Shown in pieces: positions 29,454 through 38,910 of a stretch of 64,000 nucleotides of DNA (position 1 is its first letter; the number at the start of each line of letters is the position of its first letter). The notes below the pieces were generated by a model. The model saw nothing but the letters and a program-made list of their open reading frames with translations. It searched no databases and was not told the DNA's origin. The DNA lies in assembly GCA_900543675.1 (NCBI GenBank), contig UQRY01000002.1, positions 17,750 to 81,749 on the forward strand, given 5' to 3'. The position numbers and the translations under genes were made by a program. This stretch comes from an uncultured Mycoplasmatota bacterium. GTDB taxonomy: Bacteria > Bacillota_I > Bacilli_A > RF39 > UBA660.

Positions 29454-30710
29454 GTGAAACGAGCAATATCTGTTTGTATCTTACTGCTTTTATTATTTTT
29501 TATCGCTCAGTATGCGATTGTTTATTTTAAACAAGATCATGAAGCAAACTATCAGATTAGTAAAGATGAACTTACTTTTGATATTCAAGAGTTCTACAAT
29601 AAAAGCAACAATGACACATATTATATCAACATTACAACAGGAGATTATCAGTTTGGATATACAATAAAAAATAATTTTAATAAAAGAAAACAAATTATTG
29701 AAGATATCGAATTAATTAATCGTGATGGAACGATGTGTATTTTCCCAGTATTTAGTAAAGAAGATAATGATCACAATATCGAATGTAGTAGTGGAGGAGT
29801 CCTATATTCTTATGAAGCACAAAAGACTAATCCTGTAGCGCAAGAATTAGTAAATACATTAAAAGAAAAAGGGTATCAGAATCCATCTTGGCAAGAATCA
29901 ACCGCTACCGGAGAGAAGACAACAACCTCTACTATCTATAAAGATAATTTGTTAGATAATGATTATATTACGATTTGGAATTACCAAAATCTAGAGATAA
30001 TCAAAAAAGATAGTGCATTAGAACAAAGCTTATCTTCTTATGAAAAATACGAAAATACTCATGGTGCTTTAGTTGGTAAATATTATATTATACCTGTCTA
30101 TTATAATCAAAATGTATTTGATTTTCAGGAATTAGTAATTTACGATATCGTCGAAAATAAAACAGATCGTCTTAATTTAGAGCGAACAATGTCACAGGAT
30201 ACCTATATTAATGGTATCGTAGATGGTAAACTTTACTATATGGATAAAGATAACCTAGTACAATTAGAAATCAATCCTGAGAAAAAACAATATCGAGTAA
30301 TTGGAAATACAGATTTAAATGGTCAAATGTATAATGGTAGTTGGGAGACCGTCAATATTTATGACTTAGTCGATGAGAAAAAATTTCAAAAGGATTATAG
30401 TGATATTCCTGAAATTGCTTCCAAAAATCCAGTCATGACTTATGAAAATGAAACCGATTATTATTACTATACAGCAGATGGTAATTTCTACCGTTTAAGT
30501 AAACGAGATTTAAGTCTACCGATTTTACTATTTCAACAACTAGATACAAAAGAAGTAATCTTTAATCAGGATACATTCTATTTCCTAATTGACAATAGCC
30601 TTTATTACTATAACGAGAATTATGGAAAAAGATTAATTCTTCAAAACGATGAATTAAGATATAACGATAATAATCGTATCGCTGTATATAAAGTGTCTTC
30701 AGAAAAATAA
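29454..30710 (+). CDS. Signal-anchored extracytoplasmic protein, function unknown
   Basis: GTG at 29454 follows SD AGGAAGG and gives MKRAISVCILLLLLFFIA. Tyr/Asn-rich, beta-rich body. Confidence 0.6.
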   Translation: MKRAISVCILLLLLFFIAQYAIVYFKQDHEANYQISKDELTFDIQEFYNKSNNDTYYINITTGDYQFGYTIKNNFNKRKQIIEDIELINRDGTMCIFPVFSKEDNDHNIECSSGGVLYSYEAQKTNPVAQELVNTLKEKGYQNPSWQESTATGEKTTTSTIYKDNLLDNDYITIWNYQNLEIIKKDSALEQSLSSYEKYENTHGALVGKYYIIPVYYNQNVFDFQELVIYDIVENKTDRLNLERTMSQDTYINGIVDGKLYYMDKDNLVQLEINPEKKQYRVIGNTDLNGQMYNGSWETVNIYDLVDEKKFQKDYSDIPEIASKNPVMTYENETDYYYYTADGNFYRLSKRDLSLPILLFQQLDTKEVIFNQDTFYFLIDNSLYYYNENYGKRLILQNDELRYNDNNRIAVYKVSSEK

Positions 30711-30727
30711 ATTTCTAATCAAAAAAT

Positions 30728-30768
30728 AAACACTCAAGTTCACACTTAAACTTAGAGTGTTTTTCTTT
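30728..30768 (+). terminator. Rho-independent terminator
   Basis: AAACACTC...GAGTGTTT stem followed by TTTTCTTT. Confidence 0.6.
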
Positions 30769-30801
30769 ACCTCCTTGAATATATTAATATAGGAGGTAAA
30801 G
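30765..30801 (+). promoter_or_regulatory. SD-sequestering hairpin upstream of the LysM gene
   Basis: 11-bp perfect stem CTTTACCTCCT (30765-30775) / AGGAGGTAAAG (30791-30801) with a 15-nt AT loop. The 3' arm is the ribosome-binding site and ends 2 nt before the ATG at 30804. Confidence 0.5.
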
Positions 30802-30803
30802 AA

Positions 30804-31292
30804 ATGGAGACATATATCGTAAAAGAAGGAGACAACATCGCAACGATTGCGAAGAAATATAATATTAGTATCGTTGACTTGATTAATCAGAATAATTTAG
30901 AAAATGTCTATTATCTAGAACCAGGTTTGGAGTTAATCATTCCTGAGGAGAAGGCACCACTTGGCTTTACTCATTATACTGTTAAAAAAGGAGATAATCT
31001 CTATGAGATAGCGAAACGCTACAATATCAGTGTAAAAGATCTCTCAGAATTAAACGGTTTAGAAATCAATGAATATATTTACCCAGAACAACGGTTGTTA
31101 GTGCCAGAAGAAGGGGTACAGGTTTATATTACGAAAGATGGCGATACGATTCAAACCATTATCGATAAGTTAGGTACCAATCGAGAAGAAATTTTTGTCT
31201 ATAACCCTAAAATCTATCTTTTACCAGAACAGTTGATTGCCTATCGAAAAAGAAACGAACCAAAGGATCCAGAAAAGGGACTAAACAGTTAA
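30804..31292 (+). CDS. Protein with three LysM peptidoglycan-binding repeats
   Basis: Three copies of Y.VKxGDxxxxIAKxYNISxxDLxxxN...L.PGQxLxxP-like units. Confidence 0.9.
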   Translation: METYIVKEGDNIATIAKKYNISIVDLINQNNLENVYYLEPGLELIIPEEKAPLGFTHYTVKKGDNLYEIAKRYNISVKDLSELNGLEINEYIYPEQRLLVPEEGVQVYITKDGDTIQTIIDKLGTNREEIFVYNPKIYLLPEQLIAYRKRNEPKDPEKGLNS

Positions 31293-32269
31293 TGACTGTT
31301 TTTTTCTTGGCTATCTTCAGTAAGAGTAAAAACCGCTTGTTTAAAAAACTTTACAGGATATAAGAATTTTAACTGTCTTACTAACCGAAAGAGTGCTTCA
31401 TCTTTTCCTTTACACTCTAACATAATATCCACGTCATAGGGATATTTTTTTATGACTTCCAAAAATTGGACAAAAGATTTATAGTCGAGATAAAAACTAT
31501 GGGCACGTTTTTCTTGTTTACTTTTGGGAGAAGAAAAATGAACTTTAGGAGGATAACCACTTTCTTTCCAAGTCGCTAAAATACGTGATAGAAAGTGATC
31601 TAAGTTATATTGAGTATGGTTACAACGATAATGATGATAATCAAGAACCATTTGTAGATGTAATTCTTCACATAAAGCTAGCGTATCTTCGATTGTATAG
31701 ATCTTATCGTCATTTTCTAATAAAATCATCTGTTGAAGAGGTAAGGGAAGTTGAAAAAAGTTTTTCTTAAAGCGTTCAATACTTTCTTTTTTCCCCATCA
31801 CTGAACTACCGATATGAAGAACGACTTTCCCATTATCGATTCCTAGTGCCTGATAAATGGCATAGATAAATTCTAGTATTTTTATACTACTAGTAACGAC
31901 TTCTTGACGATGACTATTTAATACACAAAATTGATCGGGGTGAAAATCGACTCGGATTTGATGTTGTTTAATCCATTGGCCAATTCTTTTCCATTTCGTA
32001 AGAAAAGGAGTAATATAGTCAAAATCAACTTCAGGATGTGTCGCAAGGGGAATCATATTCTGACTCAATCGATAAAAATAAATGCCATTTTTCACATTAT
32101 AGCGAAGAATATTTTCTAATACTATAAGATTATCGAGGATGATTTCGGTTAATTTTACATTAGCTTTTTCTGTTCCTAATTTTTGATACTGACTAAAAGA
32201 GAGCGTTTTATAATGAATATAATCATTTAGGGTAAGAGAAATCGCGACATAACCTAATCTAATTTTCAT
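31289..32269 (-). CDS. uvsE: UV DNA damage endonuclease UvsE/UVDE
   Basis: Collinear with B. subtilis UvsE as recalled from memory (RLGYVAISL, YRLSQNMIPLATHPEV, HPDQF, LENDDKIYT, DYHH, KVHFSSPKS, ECKGKDEALFRL). Confidence 0.9.
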   Translation of the reverse strand: MKIRLGYVAISLTLNDYIHYKTLSFSQYQKLGTEKANVKLTEIILDNLIVLENILRYNVKNGIYFYRLSQNMIPLATHPEVDFDYITPFLTKWKRIGQWIKQHQIRVDFHPDQFCVLNSHRQEVVTSSIKILEFIYAIYQALGIDNGKVVLHIGSSVMGKKESIERFKKNFFQLPLPLQQMILLENDDKIYTIEDTLALCEELHLQMVLDYHHYRCNHTQYNLDHFLSRILATWKESGYPPKVHFSSPKSKQEKRAHSFYLDYKSFVQFLEVIKKYPYDVDIMLECKGKDEALFRLVRQLKFLYPVKFFKQAVFTLTEDSQEKNSH

Positions 32270-32343
32270 GATGAATCACCAATCCTAGTATACCCAAAAA
32301 CTTAACCTTTCATAGAAAAAAACTAAATCATAGACATATCTAA

Positions 32344-32379
32344 TTGACAAATGTTATATACTGTTATATACTGTATAAC
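32344..32379 (+). promoter_or_regulatory. Promoter with embedded GT-N-AC direct repeats (likely GntR autoregulatory operator)
   Basis: TTGACA (32344-32349), 17-nt spacer, TATACT (32367-32372). TGTTATATAC occurs twice in tandem (32352-32371), followed by TGTATAAC. Confidence 0.6.
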
Positions 32380-32397
32380 ATGAAAGGGACGATAACG

Positions 32398-32775
32398 ATG
32401 AAAATCATTATTAGTAATAGTAGCTCTATTCCGATTTACGAACAGATTAAACAGGCAATTATTGAACAGATCCTAAATAATGAGCTTCAAGAAGATGAAG
32501 CCCTGCCATCGATTAGAAATTTGGCTCAAGATATTAAAATCAGTGTCATGACAATAAAAAAAGCATACGATGAGCTAGAAAATGAAGGCTATATTGTATC
32601 TCGTCAAGGCAAGGGAACCTTTGTAGCGCCCAAAAATACAGAACTAGCCAAAGAACAAGCCCAAAAAGAAATCGAGAGTTATATGGGAAAAATTGTCGAT
32701 ATTGCGGAGAAGTTTCAAATTAAACAGGAAGAGATTATCGAATTAGTAAAAATATTCTATGGGAGTGATGAATAA
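32398..32775 (+). CDS. GntR-family (YtrA-like) transcriptional repressor
   Basis: PIYEQIKQAI...LPSIRNLAQDIKISVMTIKKAYDELENEGYIVSRQGKGTFV. The ATG at 32398 lies downstream of the promoter, whereas the tracked 32344 start lies in the -35 box. Confidence 0.9.
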   Translation: MKIIISNSSSIPIYEQIKQAIIEQILNNELQEDEALPSIRNLAQDIKISVMTIKKAYDELENEGYIVSRQGKGTFVAPKNTELAKEQAQKEIESYMGKIVDIAEKFQIKQEEIIELVKIFYGSDE

Positions 32776-33627
32776 ATGAATGCGATCGAAATAAAAGGTT
32801 TAGTCAAAAAATATGATGAGAAGTTTCAACTCGGAAAGTTAGATTTAACTGTTCCTAAAGGCGTAATCGTTGGCTTAATCGGCGAAAATGGAGCGGGGAA
32901 AACAACTCTCTTAAAAGCCATTTTAAATATTATTCAAACGGATGAGGGAACCATAAAAATTAACGGTAGAGATAATCATGAGGAAAAGACAAAAGAAAAC
33001 ATCGGTGTGGTTTTAGATAACATGTTTTTTCCAGAACTTCTTACTGCCAAAGATATCGAACTAGCGATGAGAGGAATAGCTAAAAACTGGGATACTGAAT
33101 TATACTACAATTACTTGAAAGAATTTTCTCTACCAGTAGATAAACCATTAAAAGCACTATCTAAAGGAATGAGAAAAAAATTAGAAATTGCTACTGCCTT
33201 ATCTCATCATCCAGATATTTTAATTCTAGATGAAGCAACGAGCGGACTAGATCCAGTCATTAGAAATGAAATCTTAGATATCTTTTTAAATTTTATCCAG
33301 AATGAAAACCACACCATTATCTTATCTACGCATATTACAAGTGATTTAGAACATGTCGCCGATAAGATTGTCTTCATTGACCAAGGAAAAATTGTTTTAG
33401 ATAAAGCTCGTGACGAATTAATTGATCACTATGGAATCTTAAAATGTGATCCTGATAAAATGGATCAAGTAAAAAAAGAAGATTATATCTGTTATAAGAA
33501 AAATAAATACGATGTAGAATTCTTAGTCGCAGATAGAGATAAAATGAGAAAGAAATATTCTGATTTTGTGGTTGATAAAATGACTTTAGAAGAATTAATG
33601 TTATTAATGATTAAGGGGGGAAAGTAA
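32776..33627 (+). CDS. ABC transporter ATP-binding protein
   Basis: Walker A GENGAGKTT, signature LSKGMRKK, Walker B ILILDEATSGLD. Confidence 0.95.
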   Translation: MNAIEIKGLVKKYDEKFQLGKLDLTVPKGVIVGLIGENGAGKTTLLKAILNIIQTDEGTIKINGRDNHEEKTKENIGVVLDNMFFPELLTAKDIELAMRGIAKNWDTELYYNYLKEFSLPVDKPLKALSKGMRKKLEIATALSHHPDILILDEATSGLDPVIRNEILDIFLNFIQNENHTIILSTHITSDLEHVADKIVFIDQGKIVLDKARDELIDHYGILKCDPDKMDQVKKEDYICYKKNKYDVEFLVADRDKMRKKYSDFVVDKMTLEELMLLMIKGGK

Positions 33628-33628
33628 C

Positions 33629-34258
33629 ATGAAAGGATTAATTGTCAAAGATTTATTGTTGATCAAAGAAAATATAAAACAACTCGTTCTATTTGTTTTG
33701 GTTTTTGTCTTTATTGGACTACAAGGTAATCAAATACTTGTCTTTGTGCCAGCTTTTCTATCCATGATGATGTTTCTAAGTACCTTTAGTTACGATGATT
33801 ATAATAAGTGGAACAGTTATGCGGTAACCCTTCCTAATGGTAGAAAAAATATCGTAAAAGCGAAATATATAGCGAGTATTTTCTTATCGTTAGTCGCTAT
33901 TCTACTTACTTATCTCTTGGTTATTCTATTTGGCGTAGCTAACCATAATTTAAACTTAGAAGAAACTACCACTACATTATTAGGATGTTGGAGTGCGATT
34001 ATTCTTCTTCAATCTATTATGTACCCGTTAATCTTTAAATTAGGAATAGAGAAGGGAAGAATATTTCTACTTGTTCTTGTCTTTGGAATTAGTGCGTTAA
34101 TCGGTCTATTATTTCAGAATATAAAAATTTCTCTATCCACTGAAGCTATTCACTTTCTCGAGAATTATCTATTGATTATTTTGCCATTCCTTATGGTAAT
34201 TATCTTGTATATATCTTATAAAATATCTGAAAAAATCGTTCAAAAAAAGGAATTTTAA
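33629..34258 (+). CDS. ABC-2-type transporter permease
   Basis: Six predicted TM helices, directly after the ATPase gene (YtrB/YtrC-like operon). Confidence 0.8.
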   Translation: MKGLIVKDLLLIKENIKQLVLFVLVFVFIGLQGNQILVFVPAFLSMMMFLSTFSYDDYNKWNSYAVTLPNGRKNIVKAKYIASIFLSLVAILLTYLLVILFGVANHNLNLEETTTTLLGCWSAIILLQSIMYPLIFKLGIEKGRIFLLVLVFGISALIGLLFQNIKISLSTEAIHFLENYLLIILPFLMVIILYISYKISEKIVQKKEF

Positions 34259-34262
34259 CTGG

Positions 34263-34290
34263 CATCTGAATAAACTTCAGATGTTTTTCT
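34263..34290 (+). terminator. Rho-independent terminator
   Basis: CATCTGAA taaac TTCAGATG followed by TTTTTCTTT. Confidence 0.75.
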
Positions 34291-34333
34291 TTACAGAAAA
34301 AGGATAACTAAGTAAAATAAAAGAGTGATAAGT

Positions 34334-35020
34334 ATGAATCAAGAATTAATAAAGTTAACGAAGAAATACGAGAAATTACAGAAAAAATATGGGGCGAAAG
34401 AATTGGATTCGATTTATTTTGGAGGATACAGTAAAAATCCAGATATTTGTTTTGTATTCATGAATCCAACAGGTAGAAATATTGCCTCGCAAAAATCGTG
34501 GCACGGTTTAAAGGCACCTTGGATTGGGACAAAGAATGTATGGGATTTATTTTATGATTTAGATTTAGTCGATGAAGAAATTTATCAAAAAATAAAGACA
34601 CTAAAGGGATGCGAGTGGACGGAAGAGTTCGCAATAGAAGTGTATCAAGAGGTGGAAAAACATCAGTATTTTATTACCAATCTAGCTAAATGCACCCAAG
34701 TCGATGCGAGAGAACTACCAGACGAAGTCTTTAAACAGTATCTTCATCTATTAGAACAAGAAATATCTCTTATTCATCCTAAAGTGATTATCTTATTTGG
34801 TAATCAAGTAAGCTCTATCGTTTTAAAGGAAAAAATATCTGTATCGAAAGTAAGAAGACAATGTTTCACTAAAGAAATCAACAATCAAGCCTATAAGTTT
34901 TACGCTGTCTATTATCCGGTCGGAAATGGTCGCTTTAATATCGATAAGGCAATTGAAGATATTCGATATATAATGAAAGAGGAACAAATAAAAAAGATAA
35001 GTGATCAATTTCAAAAATAG
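34334..35020 (+). CDS. Uracil-DNA glycosylase superfamily protein (family 4/5-like), tentative
   Basis: FVFMNPTGRN (motif-A position), ITNLAKC, VIILFGNQVS, YYPVGNG. Size and order of blocks fit the UDG fold. ATG at 34334 is preferred. Confidence 0.55.
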   Translation: MNQELIKLTKKYEKLQKKYGAKELDSIYFGGYSKNPDICFVFMNPTGRNIASQKSWHGLKAPWIGTKNVWDLFYDLDLVDEEIYQKIKTLKGCEWTEEFAIEVYQEVEKHQYFITNLAKCTQVDARELPDEVFKQYLHLLEQEISLIHPKVIILFGNQVSSIVLKEKISVSKVRRQCFTKEINNQAYKFYAVYYPVGNGRFNIDKAIEDIRYIMKEEQIKKISDQFQK

Positions 35021-35055
35021 ATAATAAGAAAATATAAAAAATAGGAGTTTTTTTC

Positions 35056-35610
35056 CTATTTTTCGTTTATCTGTTTAATTACTCGACAAGGGTTTCCTAC
35101 CGCAACTACATTATCAGGAATATCCTTAGTAACAACACTTCCTGCCCCAATTACTACATTATTTCCAATAGTAACTCCAGCTAGAATAACCACATTTCCT
35201 CCAATCCAAACATCGTTGCCAATTTTTATCGAGAGATCGATTTCAATCTGATTTCTTCTTTTTTCCTTATCTAAGGGATGCTTAGGGGTAAACAAAGAAA
35301 CATTAGGTCCCATCATCACATGATTACCAATCGTTACTTGATTCCCATCTAAAATACAGAGATTATAATTGGCATAAAAATAATCCCCAATCTGAGTATT
35401 ATAGCCATAATCACAATATAGTGGAGACTCAATTGTACAAGATTTACCTACCTTTTTAAATAGACTATCTATAATTTTGTCTTTGTCCTCTTTATTTTGA
35501 CAGTGATTAAACTGATTTACTAAATTTCTAGCTTGTTCTCTATCCTTTAATAGTTCTTTATCGATACAACAAAATTCTAAACCCGCTAACATTTTTTCTT
35601 TCTCGCTCAT
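35056..35610 (-). CDS. maa: Maltose/galactoside O-acetyltransferase (left-handed beta-helix)
   Basis: N-terminal Mac domain (MLAGLEF...ARNLVNQFN) and hexapeptide repeats (IGNDVWIGGNVVILAGVTIGNNVVIGAGSVV). ATG at 35610 after SD GGAGGAAG. Confidence 0.85.
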   Translation of the reverse strand: MSEKEKMLAGLEFCCIDKELLKDREQARNLVNQFNHCQNKEDKDKIIDSLFKKVGKSCTIESPLYCDYGYNTQIGDYFYANYNLCILDGNQVTIGNHVMMGPNVSLFTPKHPLDKEKRRNQIEIDLSIKIGNDVWIGGNVVILAGVTIGNNVVIGAGSVVTKDIPDNVVAVGNPCRVIKQINEK

Positions 35611-35728
35611 ATACTTCCTCCGGTAATATTTCCTTATCATTTATCTGAATTTATTATAACATAGGGGAGGAAAAAAATTCTAGCTGTGGTATACTTATTC
35701 ATGGTAAAAAAATAGAAAGGATTAAAAA

Positions 35729-36640
35729 ATGAAAGTACTTAGTTTAACAGAACCATATGCGACCTTAATTAAAGAAGGAAATAAAAAGATAGAAACAAGA
35801 AGTTGGATGACAAGCTACCGAGGAGAAGTTTATATTCACGCTAGTAAAACGAAAATTCCGAAAGTCACTTTAGAAAACAAAGAATTAATGGCTCTATGCG
35901 CTAATCATCCCCTTAATTTTGGAAAGATTATCTGTAAGGCAGAATTAGTAGACTGTATTTGGATGAGCAAAGAATATGTTTTGGATATGAAACAAAATTA
36001 TCCGCAAGAATATCTCTGTGGTGATTATCAAGAGGGAAGATATGCTTTTGTATTAGAAAACATTGTTCCCTTAAAAAATCCAATTGAAGTAAAAGGGAAA
36101 CTAGGACTTTGGGATTATTATAGTGAAGAAGAAATTATGAAAGTGATGTCTGAAATAGAATATGGATGGGTCGATAAAAATAAGAATTTTCATAAGGAAT
36201 TAGGAGAAGATTTCGAAGAAAATTATCAACTACAAAGTCCTAGCGAACTATTAAAAAGTAAAGTTGGTGTTTGTTATGATCAGGTAGAATTAGAACGTTA
36301 CTATTTTAGTAGTCATATCGAAAAAGTAATGACGTACTGTATTATATATGAAGCTCATGATCATCACAAAACAAGAACTCACACCTTTTTAGTTTACGAA
36401 AAGAATGGGAAGTATTATTGGTTTGAACATGCTTGGGAAAAATTTCAAGGAATTCATGAATACCCAAGTTTGATGGATTTATTTTTCGATGTGAAGGAAA
36501 AATTTATTCCTGATCAAGTAAAAGAAGAGGTAGAAGAAAATACCATTTATTTCTTTGAGTATCAAAAACCAAGTAGACACTTATCTGCCCAAGAATTCTT
36601 TGAGCATATTATTCATGGCAAAGAAAGAGCTTGTCTATAA
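35729..36640 (+). CDS. ASCH-domain protein fused to a transglutaminase/papain-like C-terminal domain
   Basis: N-terminal ASCH pattern (LSLTEPYATLIKEGNKKIETRSW...YIHAS). C-terminal half has KVGVCYDQVELERYYF ... HTFLVYE ... WFEHAW (Cys/His arrangement). Confidence 0.6.
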   Translation: MKVLSLTEPYATLIKEGNKKIETRSWMTSYRGEVYIHASKTKIPKVTLENKELMALCANHPLNFGKIICKAELVDCIWMSKEYVLDMKQNYPQEYLCGDYQEGRYAFVLENIVPLKNPIEVKGKLGLWDYYSEEEIMKVMSEIEYGWVDKNKNFHKELGEDFEENYQLQSPSELLKSKVGVCYDQVELERYYFSSHIEKVMTYCIIYEAHDHHKTRTHTFLVYEKNGKYYWFEHAWEKFQGIHEYPSLMDLFFDVKEKFIPDQVKEEVEENTIYFFEYQKPSRHLSAQEFFEHIIHGKERACL

Positions 36641-36698
36641 AAAAATTGACTAAGTTCTTTTTTTCTTGTACAATAAGTCACCGAAATGAGGCAGAATT

Positions 36699-38000
36699 AT
36701 GGAAGAAAAAATGAAAAGTATTCTTTTTGACGAACTTTATTTTCAAATTAATCAAAAAGAATTACCCAATAGAACAAAAAATAATCGTGATCATGAATTA
36801 AAAACGATCTATGAACAAAAAACAGGAAAAAGTGTTTTGATAATGACAAAAACCAAGCGAATCCAATTATACGAATGGCTAAAAAAAGAAGTTAGATATC
36901 CACTACTGAATGATTTAATCAAAAGTGAAATAGGGCTATTAGTAGATCCGTATTTTGCATTAAAACTTACTGATGAACATCAAGAAGATCAATTTATTAA
37001 CACCAATCTTTCCTCATTATTAGAAATCATCAGGATGCAGGCGGCGGATTCTATATTCTTAGTTTTACAAGACAATACCACTAGTTTAAGTAAAATTACG
37101 ATAAAAGAAAGAGAGGACATCATCTCTCAAATTCTTTTAGAAATAGATCCAAGTGGTAAATGGTTAATGATCTATTATGAAGCTAAAGAACAAGGAAGAA
37201 TCATCAATGTAAAGGAATGTTCTTCTAAAGAAAAAGAAATATTGTGTAAAAAATTGGAATTATCCGAAGATAGTCTATCTGAAAATGCTTGTATAAGAAA
37301 TAAAATAAATCACGAGACTTATCTTTTATTAACTTTAGTAGGAACTACTGAAGATATTTTAACCATTATGCATGAATTTGGTCATTATTTATTCTATTAT
37401 TATAATTTAGAAGAAGAGCCTAATATATTATTAAAAGAGTTTTATCCGACATTGTTAGAGTTACTAGCAGAAAAGTATTTAAAAAAGCAGAGAATTTCAG
37501 AAGAGGAATGTAACCGTTCTCGGATAGAAAATACCGCTTATTTAGGCCAATATTACATGGTTACTTATGATTATATAGATAAATATTTAACAGACGGAAT
37601 AATTAAAGAAGAAGAAGATATTCAAGAGCAAGCTGCAATCATGAATAACCATAAAGGAATATTAGAGGAGATATTTAAAGAACAAGCAGACTTATTTTCC
37701 CCTCAGACTATTGCCTATCAAAACTGTGATAGTTGTATAGAAAAAATCATTTCGAATCCGCTAGAATTAAGACAAAGTTTTTCTTATATCCTAGGTCACT
37801 ACTTAGCTAAACAAGGCGTAAACAGAATAATTCAAGATAGGCAGGTACTAGATGTATTAAGAGAGTATATTGAACATGGCTTAGATCTTGATTTATATGA
37901 CTTATTTAGACTAGTAGGTTGTGATGTAGATAAGTTGAATTTAAAGCCAGCAGTAGAACCTGTTAATATAAAAAATAAAGAAAAGAGTTTAAGAAAGTAA
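36699..38000 (+). CDS. Putative zinc metallopeptidase (HExxH, M3/PepF-like core)
   Basis: TIMHEFGHYLFYY zincin motif in a helical 433 aa protein. No signal peptide. Confidence 0.5.
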   Translation: MEEKMKSILFDELYFQINQKELPNRTKNNRDHELKTIYEQKTGKSVLIMTKTKRIQLYEWLKKEVRYPLLNDLIKSEIGLLVDPYFALKLTDEHQEDQFINTNLSSLLEIIRMQAADSIFLVLQDNTTSLSKITIKEREDIISQILLEIDPSGKWLMIYYEAKEQGRIINVKECSSKEKEILCKKLELSEDSLSENACIRNKINHETYLLLTLVGTTEDILTIMHEFGHYLFYYYNLEEEPNILLKEFYPTLLELLAEKYLKKQRISEEECNRSRIENTAYLGQYYMVTYDYIDKYLTDGIIKEEEDIQEQAAIMNNHKGILEEIFKEQADLFSPQTIAYQNCDSCIEKIISNPLELRQSFSYILGHYLAKQGVNRIIQDRQVLDVLREYIEHGLDLDLYDLFRLVGCDVDKLNLKPAVEPVNIKNKEKSLRK

Positions 38001-38062
38001 AATTTTCTGTTTTTCTGTTTTTAATTATGTTATGCTAAGTGTAAAAGAAAGGATGCCAAAAT

Positions 38063-38887
38063 ATGGAACAAAATACGACAACTAAAATAGTGATGTTAGG
38101 AACTGGTAGTGGGGGTGTTTTACAGTTATACAATACTTGTTTTGTTATTCAAAAAGATAAGAAAGTATTCTTAGTAGATACTGGTGGTAGTATCGAAATT
38201 GTCCAACGCCTAAAACAAATCAATATTCCTTTAGAGGCAGTAAAAGATATTTTTGTTTCCCACGCTCATACTGATCATATTCTAGGATTAATTTGGCTAC
38301 TTAAAAAACTAGGTAGTCTAGTAAAATGGGGATTAATTAAAGAAAAAATTAATGTTTATGGCAATGATACTGTACTAGAAGCAATCAAGGGTGTATCTCA
38401 GTATATTTTATCTCCTAGTACGATAGAAACAGTAAATCAAGTAATTAATTATATTTGTTTAAGTGATAATGAAAATATACAAATTAATGGCATAGAATAC
38501 CAATTCTTTGATATTCAAGCAAAAGGAACTAAGCAATACGGTTTTGAATGTTTACTAGAAGGGAATCGTTTTATCTTTTTAGGAGATGAAACCTTAAATC
38601 CTAAATTATATAATCGAGTAAGAAATGCTGACTATGTTGCCCATGAAGCTTATTGCCTAAATCAAGAAGAAGAGCGTTTTCATGCTTATGAAAAAAATCA
38701 TTCAACAGTACTTAGCGCATCTCAAGTAATGGAAAATTTACAGGTAAAAAATCTTATTCTTTATCATACTGAGGAATCTCATGGAGCAAGTAGAAAAGAA
38801 TTATTTCAAGAAGAAGCTAAAACTGTTTTTTCGGGTAATGTTATAGTTCCTGATGATTTGGAAGAAATTAAAATTTTAAAGAAATAA
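38063..38887 (+). CDS. Metallo-beta-lactamase-fold hydrolase
   Basis: VSHAHTDHILGL (HxHxDH), later GDE and YHTE metal-ligand blocks. Confidence 0.85.
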   Translation: MEQNTTTKIVMLGTGSGGVLQLYNTCFVIQKDKKVFLVDTGGSIEIVQRLKQINIPLEAVKDIFVSHAHTDHILGLIWLLKKLGSLVKWGLIKEKINVYGNDTVLEAIKGVSQYILSPSTIETVNQVINYICLSDNENIQINGIEYQFFDIQAKGTKQYGFECLLEGNRFIFLGDETLNPKLYNRVRNADYVAHEAYCLNQEEERFHAYEKNHSTVLSASQVMENLQVKNLILYHTEESHGASRKELFQEEAKTVFSGNVIVPDDLEEIKILKK

Positions 38888-38910
38888 AAATAGGAAAGAG
38901 AGGAGGAAAA

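Noticed and set aside
27893-32119. Antisense or shadow ORFs 27893-28114(-), 28342-28560(-), 29493-29693(-), 31585-31770(+), 31931-32119(+).
   Set aside because: They lie inside the thermonuclease, thioredoxin-like, membrane-protein and uvsE genes, which are supported by motifs.
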